DNA of 48,651 bases from Thermoplasmata archaeon. GTDB taxonomy: Archaea > Thermoplasmatota > Thermoplasmata > Thermoplasmatales > GCA-001856825. Below are positions 36,425 to 44,053 of the stretch, piece by piece. The number at the start of each line of letters is the position of its first letter. Position 1 is the stretch's first letter. Made by a program: the position numbers and the translations under genes. Location: contig JAKATW010000138.1 of assembly GCA_021827945.1 (NCBI GenBank), positions 1 to 48,651 of the forward strand, in the 5' to 3' direction. Below the pieces are notes generated by a model. It saw only the letters and a list, made by a program, of their open reading frames with translations, searched no databases and was not told where the DNA came from.

Positions 36425-37616
36425 ATCTGGAAAAGTTTTCGTTCAATATCATCTCCATATTCGTTACTGTTTCCGATGATCTGATGTCCTTCGCATTCTT
36501 TATACCATTGATTACAAATCCGAGCAGTTTGTTCCTTGTCGATTCCAGTCCCTTTCTTATCTGTGCAGAATTCCCACCGTCAACGGTCTTCTTATCGAAA
36601 TACTTCATCTCCTCCTCAATGACCTCGTTCGAATAATCGAATATCTTCTTCAGGAATTCCTCTCTCTCCACATTCATCAACTTGCGAGAGAATTTCTCGA
36701 ATTCGTTGTTCACTGTTTTTAGGCTCTTGGTTGCATAATCGTTCTTGACGTCATCCTTCCTAGTTATCTTCCTGGATAGTGTTTCCATGTTCACTAGGCT
36801 GACACCCTTGGGGACTTCACTGCGTACGTTTGCAGGAACTCCCAGGTCCAGGATCGTCTTGATCTTTGAGTTCAGCAGGTCTCCTTTCCCAAGGAGAGGT
36901 TCTGAAGCTTTTGTGGCCGTTATGACCACATCGTAGGATTTCCACTTGGTCTTTTCGAACTTCTCGACCTCTGCACCGAAGGCCTTCGATATCTCCTTCG
37001 CCCTCTCGAGTGACCTGTTGCTTACTGAGAAATGAATTCCTCTTCTCGAAAGGAAACTGGCTATCTGTGTGCCCAGGTCCCCCGCACCTATAACGAGAAC
37101 CGTCTGACCCGGAATGATATTTATCTGGTCTAGCGCTTCCCCGGCAACGCTCTTTGCCCGCTGTCCGTTGCCGTTTTCTCTTCTCGCCTTCCTTCCCACC
37201 TCAAGAGACTTTTTCAGTACTTCGTTGAGATTTGTTCCGGAAAGCCCCCTCCTCCTTGAAACATTCCAGGCCTCCCTGACCTGCGCAAGAATCTCACTCT
37301 CACCTATCACCATGGAGTCTAGTCCGGCCGTGACCAGGAACAGGTGTTTTATTGCATCCAGTCCGTGAACCACGCTATGCTTCATCGACCTGTCCCTGAT
37401 GAAATCCTCCAGGAACTCCACCGTCTCTCTGTCCCCAGGATAGAAATAAATCTCAAACCTGTTACACGTCCACAAAACAAGGGCCTCTTCTATTCTTTCG
37501 TTCTTCCTGATATAATCGTAAACTTCCTCTAGCTGAAAGTCCTTGATTGTCGAAAAATAAAGAGAGCCCAGGTCTCCGTAGGTCACCCTTATAAGGAATA
37601 TACCCCCTTTCTCCAA
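36393..37616 (-). CDS. hemA: Glutamyl-tRNA reductase
   Basis: The catalytic motif is TCNRFEIY and the NADPH-binding motif is VLVIGAGDLG. The product is 407 aa. Confidence 0.9.
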   Translation of the reverse strand: MEKGGIFLIRVTYGDLGSLYFSTIKDFQLEEVYDYIRKNERIEEALVLWTCNRFEIYFYPGDRETVEFLEDFIRDRSMKHSVVHGLDAIKHLFLVTAGLDSMVIGESEILAQVREAWNVSRRRGLSGTNLNEVLKKSLEVGRKARRENGNGQRAKSVAGEALDQINIIPGQTVLVIGAGDLGTQIASFLSRRGIHFSVSNRSLERAKEISKAFGAEVEKFEKTKWKSYDVVITATKASEPLLGKGDLLNSKIKTILDLGVPANVRSEVPKGVSLVNMETLSRKITRKDDVKNDYATKSLKTVNNEFEKFSRKLMNVEREEFLKKIFDYSNEVIEEEMKYFDKKTVDGGNSAQIRKGLESTRNKLLGFVINGIKNAKDIRSSETVTNMEMILNENFSRYEAKKVKKIA

Positions 37617-37652
37617 TTTATCGCACCTAAATCTGAAACGCAGACAACATAT

Positions 37653-38303
37653 TTACCTTTTTGTGGCTAGTTTAGAGAGTATATCCTTTATGTCCGGAAT
37701 TTCAAATGTTTCCGTTGGAATGTAACCCATTCTTTTCATGGTCTCTTCCGTTGGTTTCCCTATAGCGTATAGCTCCTTGGAATTTATTAAGCTCTCTGCA
37801 TTTTTGATCAGAATTTCGAAAGACCTGGAAGAGCCTACCAGAATCTCCTTCACGTCTCTCAGAGGCCCATAGTTCACACTTTCGTTTTCTTCGATTCTGT
37901 AAGCAATTGTCTGTTTCACCCTGACCCCAGATTCCTGAAGTTTGACAAGCAATTTCTTCGAAACCTGATCGCTACCTATGATATTCACCGACCCTTCGGA
38001 ACCGACAATGAGGTCTGCAAGACCGCTAGAATCTTGAATTTCTGGGACTTCACAATCTTTAGAATAGAGCTTCTCCAGATAGTCTGAAGTCTGTCTTCCG
38101 ATGCAGTATATTCTACTGCTCTTTATTGAAACGTTAGACATCTTCAGGGAGGTGATCCCTCTCTTTGAAGTGAACACTATAGGTCCGTCGACGCTCTTGA
38201 TATCAGATAGATCTCGGTACACAATCCTCAACACCGGGATTTGTATCACTCCTTCCGGTTCTTTGTCAAGGGGTGCGCCCACATAGGCAACCTTACGATC
38301 CAA
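37653..38303 (-). CDS. hemD: Uroporphyrinogen-III synthase
   Basis: 216 aa with a two-lobe HEM4-like pattern (IVFTSKRGI..., AIGKPTEETM). Its position between hemC and hemA supports the call. Sequence conservation is weak. Confidence 0.7.
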   Translation of the reverse strand: MDRKVAYVGAPLDKEPEGVIQIPVLRIVYRDLSDIKSVDGPIVFTSKRGITSLKMSNVSIKSSRIYCIGRQTSDYLEKLYSKDCEVPEIQDSSGLADLIVGSEGSVNIIGSDQVSKKLLVKLQESGVRVKQTIAYRIEENESVNYGPLRDVKEILVGSSRSFEILIKNAESLINSKELYAIGKPTEETMKRMGYIPTETFEIPDIKDILSKLATKR

Positions 38304-39138
38304 TTATATCCCTCAGTCTCTTCACATCTGGTTCTTCTATCTTCCCTTTGAATGAAAAGTCGAACCGCCTCTCCTCATTGGCATAGGCGAACTTCACCAC
38401 CTTACTAGAGTAAACCGCCCTGATACTGGCTGCAAGATTGCATCCAAGCTGTAATCGGACCATCAAGTCTCTTTCTCTCGATGCTTCCCATAACGATTCC
38501 TGGTCCTGAATCTTCTTTAACTTCCTTTCGATCTCGCTACCCCGAAGGGTGACGACTGCAATGAACCCCTGATTAGGGTCGGGAGGACATATCTCCTCAG
38601 CTAGTGCTTCCCCCGGAGGGATAAGGTTCAAACGATCCAGCGCTGCTTTCGCGACGACTATTGCCCCGATATCCCCTCTCTCCCACTTTCTGACCCTCGT
38701 ATCAATATTTCCCCTTATGTTCTCAAATTTCAGACCCCTGTTGTGTAAACTCAGGAATACCTTCCTCCTGATTGAGCTCGAACCCACGGACCCGGAGAAG
38801 CTGGATATATTCACATGTGAGACGAAATAATCCCGGGGGTCTGCCCTCTTCGAAAAATAGCTTATGACAAGTTCTTGATCGATTTCGTTTGGGATGTCTT
38901 TGGCGGAATGAACTGCCGCTTCAACTTCCCCGCTGAGAATCTTATCGTTCAGTCTCTTGACAAATACTCCCTGCTCTTTCATCTTGTATAGCGGAGTCTC
39001 AGTATCGTGTTCTCCGTGGGATTCTATTACCACGGCAGTGCTCTTGATTTTCTGAAATTCCAGATCTCCTGAAATTATTTCATACTGCTTCAGGGCAAGC
39101 CTGGATCCCCTCGTAGCTATTCTCAGTGTGCCTTCCAT
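38293..39138 (-). CDS. hemC: Porphobilinogen deaminase (hydroxymethylbilane synthase)
   Basis: The N-terminal segment is LRIATRGSRLAL.Q. It also has VHSAKD and RGNIDTR. Confidence 0.9.
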   Translation of the reverse strand: MEGTLRIATRGSRLALKQYEIISGDLEFQKIKSTAVVIESHGEHDTETPLYKMKEQGVFVKRLNDKILSGEVEAAVHSAKDIPNEIDQELVISYFSKRADPRDYFVSHVNISSFSGSVGSSSIRRKVFLSLHNRGLKFENIRGNIDTRVRKWERGDIGAIVVAKAALDRLNLIPPGEALAEEICPPDPNQGFIAVVTLRGSEIERKLKKIQDQESLWEASRERDLMVRLQLGCNLAASIRAVYSSKVVKFAYANEERRFDFSFKGKIEEPDVKRLRDIIGS

Positions 39139-40310
39139 ATCCTTTTCGCTTCCTCTGAGAGGAATTGGAATGACTCCTTCACTTCAGACTCTTCATGTGC
39201 AAAGCTGATGAATATTGTTTCATCAAAAGATGGCGCGAGAAATATCCCCTTCTCAATCGCCCTTTCAAATAATCGGAAATACAGATCCTTCCTGGTCTTG
39301 AGGGCATCAGAGGCACTCTGAACTCTTTCATCTGTGAAGAATAACGAAAGCATTCCCACCTGTGAATTCACTGTCAAACCGGAACCGGACAGGCTTTCCA
39401 CAGCAATATCTGTGAGTTTTTTTAGACTGGAATAATCTTTTTTAGAAAGTATCTCCAGAGTCTTCAATCCTGCAGCTACGGAAAGGGGGTTTCCTGAAAA
39501 TGTGCCTGCCTGGGGGAATGGCCCTTCCGGCCTTACATCCCTCATAATTCTCTCACTCCCTCCGTACGCAGCCAGTGTGAGACCGCCTCCGATTATCTTT
39601 GCAAATGTGGCCAGATCTGGCACCACCTTCTCTCTGACATAAAAGGGATGAAACCCGGTTCTGAAACCCGTGATTACCTCATCCAAGATCAACAGTGTCC
39701 CGGTATTTTCGGTAATTTCTCTCACTTCCTCCAGATAACCTTCGACTGGATTTATGACTCCAGTGTTTCCCATCACAGGTTCCATGATAAGGCAAGCGAA
39801 TTCCTTGCTCGATAGTTTTTCCTTCACAGAATCTGGGGAATTGAACTCAACTGATTCAACGTAGTCTGAGTCGAAGTTGAATGGATGCGTTCCGTGATAC
39901 CCACCCTTGATCTTGAGCACTTTCTTTCTATTAGTGTGGTGTTTTGCAAGCCTTATGGCGTGCATAGTTGCCTCTGTACCCGTATTGACTATCCTGATAG
40001 TGTTCAGGGATGCGGATTTGGTCAACAGTTCTCCGAACTTCACTTCTAGTTCGGTGGGCGCCCCAAACAGCGTGCCATCCCGAGCAACTTCATTGATTCT
40101 ATCCACTACTTCCTTTTGTGAGTGACCTAATATGAGTGGCCCATACGCGAGTAGGAAGTCGACGTATTCTTTGTCGTCGACATCCCATATCCTAGAGCCC
40201 TTCCCCTTCTTAATGAACCGGGGGTACGGAGGGTAGTACCTGACAGGGCTGTTTACACCCTTTGGAAACAGTCTCGATGATCTCTCAAATAGTCTTTCAC
40301 TGTTGTTCAG
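39123..40310 (-). CDS. hemL: Glutamate-1-semialdehyde 2,1-aminomutase; extended upstream of the track ORF, with a non-canonical (CTG) start proposed
   Basis: The track ORF starts at the GTG at 40106. The same frame is open upstream and encodes the conserved HemL N-terminus: LNNSERLFERSSRLFPKGVNSPVRYYPPYPRFIKKGKGSRIWDVDDKEYVDFLLAYGPLILGHSQKEVV. No in-frame ATG, GTG or TTG is present there. The CTG at 40310-40308 overlaps the upstream TGA, giving CTGA. Confidence 0.8.
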   Translation of the reverse strand: MNNSERLFERSSRLFPKGVNSPVRYYPPYPRFIKKGKGSRIWDVDDKEYVDFLLAYGPLILGHSQKEVVDRINEVARDGTLFGAPTELEVKFGELLTKSASLNTIRIVNTGTEATMHAIRLAKHHTNRKKVLKIKGGYHGTHPFNFDSDYVESVEFNSPDSVKEKLSSKEFACLIMEPVMGNTGVINPVEGYLEEVREITENTGTLLILDEVITGFRTGFHPFYVREKVVPDLATFAKIIGGGLTLAAYGGSERIMRDVRPEGPFPQAGTFSGNPLSVAAGLKTLEILSKKDYSSLKKLTDIAVESLSGSGLTVNSQVGMLSLFFTDERVQSASDALKTRKDLYFRLFERAIEKGIFLAPSFDETIFISFAHEESEVKESFQFLSEEAKRIWKAH

Positions 40311-40813
40311 AAAAATACTCCTGCCAGTATCTCCGCGACCAGCACTACTACCACCATCATTCCCACCGTTATGAATGACAGTAGGTGTGATATTTTCCTC
40401 AACCGTTTGAGCTCATCAAACTTGCCTTCCTCTGCAAGTTTCGGAAATTTCTTGCCATGCCACAGATTGTTTCCATACAGAATCCCGTACATCAGTGCCA
40501 CGGCAACTATCTTGACAGTCAGAACCTGCCCCCATTGAGTAGCGATCGTTCCAGAGAAGTCAGTGAAATACGACGGGCGGTAGAGGTAGACAAGGAGTAA
40601 ACCTGTTACCGTGAGAAGAATAATAGATACGTTAGTCCATAACGCGTATCTCTTGCCCATCAACGACATGAATCTGGTTCTCTGTTTTTCATCTGGCATT
40701 GCAATGCTACTGGCAGGCCACACAATGACCCAAACAAATATAGATGAGCCAACTAGAAAAACTGCACAGATTACGTGAATGAATAGGACCGTAATCATCA
40801 ATAGGTCATACAT
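40307..40813 (-). CDS. 4-TM membrane protein with a conserved His in TM1; CopD/HemJ-like, candidate porphyrinogen oxidase
   Basis: 168 aa. TM1 reads LFIHVICAVFLVGSSIF, the H-x7-x-G pattern shared by CopD-like and HemJ proteins. A later segment, WGQVLTVKIVAVALMYGILYG...GKKFPKLAEEGK, resembles the W-x3-K-L...Y-H...KKLA region of cyanobacterial HemJ as I recall it. It sits between the radical SAM gene and hemL. Confidence 0.45.
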   Translation of the reverse strand: MYDLLMITVLFIHVICAVFLVGSSIFVWVIVWPASSIAMPDEKQRTRFMSLMGKRYALWTNVSIILLTVTGLLLVYLYRPSYFTDFSGTIATQWGQVLTVKIVAVALMYGILYGNNLWHGKKFPKLAEEGKFDELKRLRKISHLLSFITVGMMVVVVLVAEILAGVFF

Positions 40814-40825
40814 AGTAAAGGCAGA

Positions 40826-41956
40826 TTACGTTACGCTATTCAAAGCTTTCATGGAGTCGGGAATGTAGACGCACCTTGGATCCTCCTGGAACATGTCTCC
40901 AAAATAGCTGTATGCCCTGGACCTTGACCCACCACATATGTCCGAATATTCACACATACCACATCTCCCCTTGAAGTTCCGGGAATCCCTCAACCTGACG
41001 AGGACCTCATTGTTCCTGTAGATTTCCACTATACTTCTTTCTTTGACATTTCCCAGTTTAATTGGAAGAAATCCGGATGGATTGACATCTCCATTGTGAG
41101 CTACGAATATTATGCCCTTACCATCTCGTGTCTGGCTAGTGTGTCCCTTGGGCCGGTCACCAGGTTTTCCAAGAAGATTTATTGTTTCTTTTACAAGTCT
41201 CCCGTAGAGTTCTCCTCCCCGGTATTCGCTCTTCTCTCTCTCGATCAGGATTCTCCTAAAGAATGGGGCTTCCACTGTCCTGATCGATATTCCGTATCTT
41301 GATGCAAACTCAAGATAATTGAAGACATCTTCATATGATTCGGAATCCAGATCCTCCCTGTCGATTCCCCTTCCAGTTTTGATCAACGAAAAGACTTCCC
41401 AGGTCTTGACTCTGGTTTCTAGAAGTATCTTCAGAAGTTGAGGGAGTTCGTTTACATTCCTCCTGAATACTGTGGTGTTTATCTGGAGGGTAAATCCCTC
41501 GGCGATGATCTTCCTTGCCAGATCTAGCGTCTTGTCAAAAGTTCCAATGTACCCTCTCAGCCAATCGTGTGAATCAGATGACGCTCCGTCAAGGCTCAGC
41601 GACATAGACTTCACCCCGTGCCTTTTCATCATTGCAAACGCTTCGCTATTCAGCAGCGGTGTGGCACTGGGGGACATCGAGGCAGGAATTCCGAGTTCCT
41701 TCGCTTTCTCTAGAATTGTTTCGACCCCCCTTTTCTTCATAATGTCTCCTCCTGTCAGTATCAGCACCGGGTAGGGTGGTCCGAACTCTTTGATCTGCTC
41801 GACAAAGGACAGGGAATGCTCCAGGTCCATCTCATCAGGCAGTGCCTCAAGTAGTGCGGATGCCCTACAGTGCTTGCAGGCAAGATCACAGGCTTTAGTC
41901 GTCTCCCAGAATATAAGTATTGGCTTGGAATTGTAGTCGATTGGACGGGGGTTCAC
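40826..41956 (-). CDS. Radical SAM/SPASM enzyme of the NirJ/AhbC/AhbD type
   Basis: The motif WETTKACDLACKHCRA (C-x3-C-x2-C) is followed by LILTGGDIM. The C-terminal SPASM-like region is GRCGMCEYSDICGGSRSRAY...DPRCVY. It is the first gene of the hemLCDAB operon. Confidence 0.7.
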   Translation of the reverse strand: MNPRPIDYNSKPILIFWETTKACDLACKHCRASALLEALPDEMDLEHSLSFVEQIKEFGPPYPVLILTGGDIMKKRGVETILEKAKELGIPASMSPSATPLLNSEAFAMMKRHGVKSMSLSLDGASSDSHDWLRGYIGTFDKTLDLARKIIAEGFTLQINTTVFRRNVNELPQLLKILLETRVKTWEVFSLIKTGRGIDREDLDSESYEDVFNYLEFASRYGISIRTVEAPFFRRILIEREKSEYRGGELYGRLVKETINLLGKPGDRPKGHTSQTRDGKGIIFVAHNGDVNPSGFLPIKLGNVKERSIVEIYRNNEVLVRLRDSRNFKGRCGMCEYSDICGGSRSRAYSYFGDMFQEDPRCVYIPDSMKALNSVT

Positions 41957-42173
41957 TGCGAGTGGATTAATGAATTCTATTTAAGTAAAACGTAACTCCG
42001 TCATTAAACAGATCACGTGAGCTGTAACCTTGCCTTCATTCTTTGGATCGGAGACAGCTGAAATCCTTGAGTATAGATTCTCTGCGACCCTTCCCATCTC
42101 CTTTGCGATCACAATCTCCACATCCCTGAGGCCAGATTTCAAAATGATTTATACTCCTACTGATTGAAGAGAC
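41957..42173. promoter_or_regulatory. Divergent control region between the two heme transcription units
   Basis: 217-nt spacer between the radical SAM start (41956, minus strand) and the hemE start (42174, plus strand). AT-rich boxes (atttaagtaaaa, tttcaaaatgatttata) lie near each end. Confidence 0.35.
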
Positions 42174-43145
42174 GTGAATGGAAACAAGAAAGTACTCCAG
42201 ATAGCGAAGGGGGAGCTTCAGGACAATGCAGTTTGGTTCATGAGACAGGCAGGAAGGTATCTCCCTGAATATGAATCAATGAAGGCAGGCAGACCTTTTA
42301 TCCAGTTCTTGAGAGATCCCCAAACGATATTCGACGTTTCAACCCTCCCATTGAAATACCTGGATGTGGACGCGATAGTAGTATTCACTGACATTCTGTT
42401 GCCACTTACCAAGATCGGGTACGACTTGTCTTACGAGAGCGGAATATCCGTCCAGGAGTCAAGCAAGGAGGATTTCGATCTCTACTCTCCGCTCAAGGTG
42501 GGTCTGAAGAGGATAGCTGAACTCCATTCCGATAAGACGATCATCGGGGTGGTTGGGGGACCATTCACCACCCTGTCATATATCCATGATGGAGGGAAGG
42601 GAGGATATCGCAGGACCAAGGAGATACTTGCGTCTGGCGATAGTGAAATACTGTCAACGCTGACAGAACGGATAGTCGAGTTTGCATCTGTCCAAGTCGA
42701 TTCCGGTGCCGATGTCATACAGATCTTCGATAGCTGGTTGGGTGGAGTCTCGGAGAGTTATTACGACAACCATCTTGGCAAGAACGAGGCATATTTTGTG
42801 AACAGGATTAAGGAACTGGGAAAACCAGTGATCTTCTTCAGTGACCATATAATCTGAGAAAGGATTAAGCTGCTGGACTTAAAAGCGGATGTATACTCCA
42901 TCGACTGGAGAATGGACCTGGACAGATTCAGAAACATATGTTCAGACTGTGTAGTCCAGGGGAATCTGGACCCGTATCTGTTGGGTGCCGATGACAGATA
43001 CATAAGCAAAGAAACAATCCGAATTATGCAGCAGGGCAAGAGATTCAGAGGACACATTTTTAATCTTGGGCACGGAGTCCCACCCTGGACTGATTGGAGA
43101 AAGCTTGATGTCATTGCCAGGGAGGTGCATAGCTATCCAAGATAA
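42174..43145 (+). pseudogene. hemE: Uroporphyrinogen decarboxylase interrupted by a single in-frame TGA at 42855-42857 (pseudogene, readthrough or sequencing error)
   Basis: The two track ORFs (42174..42857 and 42912..43145) are in the same frame. Read through, the product is ...PVIFFSDHII*ERIKLLDLKADVYSIDWRMDLDRFRNICSDCVVQGNLDP...HIFNLGHGV. The N-terminal WFMRQAGRYLPEY motif and the C-terminal QGNLDP and FNLGHG motifs are classical HemE signatures. Confidence 0.8.
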
Positions 43146-43980
43146 GGCTGTTGTACTGATGTACTATGGCTTCCCGGATAGAAGGGAAGAGATGCATGAT
43201 TATCTTAAGGATATCCTCCACGGTAAAGACCCGCCAGAAGGACTCATCCGGGAAAATCTGCAGAAACTGGACATAGTAGGCGGTTCAACGCCATCAACGA
43301 AGATAGTGAAGAGTATAAAGGAAAAGGTGAGCAAGAGACTGGAAGACGAAGGTTATTCCGTATATCTCCTCTCCAAACACTACACCCCTTCCCTCAACGA
43401 TGCTGCAAAAATAGTTCAAGGAGATGAAGTGTATGAAGTCCCCCTATTTCCGGTCTATTCAAAATTCATATTTGATGGTTATTTTGGACCTCTAGAAGAA
43501 CAACTGAAGGGCAAGAAATTGATCCGAGTATCAGATATAGGATTCAACAGGGGGATGATAGACTTTTATAAGGGAAAAATTAAGAGTGACAGAAATTCCC
43601 TTCTCACTTTTTCTGCTCACAGCATACCACTGGTGGGACCTGACTCCTATTCCGAGTCCGTACTGAGGTTGTCGAGAGAGATAGCCGATACAAGGCAATT
43701 CATCAACATATACCATAGCCAGGGACCTTTTCGTCCCAAGTGGCTGACACCCTACCCGGAGTATTCTGTTTCCTTTGCCAAAGAGAACGGTTTCAAGAGA
43801 ATACAGATAGTACCAATCGGCTTCATCTATGAACACCTAGAAGTACTCTACGATCTTGATTACAGGCTGAAGAATGAAGCAGCAAAAGAAGGAATAGGAT
43901 TTGATAGGGTCCCGCTCCCAAATGATGGTAACGTGGTAATCGATGCGATCGTCGATTCCATATACAGATCAAAATCCTGA
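43108..43980 (+). CDS. hemH: Ferrochelatase (protoporphyrin or coproporphyrin type not distinguishable by eye)
   Basis: It has KAVVLMYYGFPD near the N-terminus, FSAHSIP (catalytic His region) and the C-terminal YEHLEVLYDLD. The start is uncertain (TTG 43066, TTG 43105 or ATG 43108). It overlaps the hemE end. Confidence 0.85.
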   Translation: MSLPGRCIAIQDKAVVLMYYGFPDRREEMHDYLKDILHGKDPPEGLIRENLQKLDIVGGSTPSTKIVKSIKEKVSKRLEDEGYSVYLLSKHYTPSLNDAAKIVQGDEVYEVPLFPVYSKFIFDGYFGPLEEQLKGKKLIRVSDIGFNRGMIDFYKGKIKSDRNSLLTFSAHSIPLVGPDSYSESVLRLSREIADTRQFINIYHSQGPFRPKWLTPYPEYSVSFAKENGFKRIQIVPIGFIYEHLEVLYDLDYRLKNEAAKEGIGFDRVPLPNDGNVVIDAIVDSIYRSKS

Positions 43981-44053
43981 GTGGATTGGGGAATAATTCG
44001 GTATGGGGTCCTGTCCTGGGCAAATGATATAGTACAAGCATTCATACAGAGCT

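Noticed and set aside
40307-40316. Programmed -1 frameshift fusing the 4-TM protein to HemL (hemL is in the -1 frame; sequence A-UUU-UUC-UGA)
   Set aside because: The heptamer is not a canonical X-XXY-YYZ slippery site. A membrane-protein/HemL fusion is biologically implausible. The CTGA stop-start geometry is a simpler explanation.
42855-42857. TGA in hemE as selenocysteine or a reassigned codon
   Set aside because: TGA terminates other genes in the window. The position aligns with a variable, non-catalytic part of HemE. I saw no evidence of Sec machinery or a SECIS-like element.
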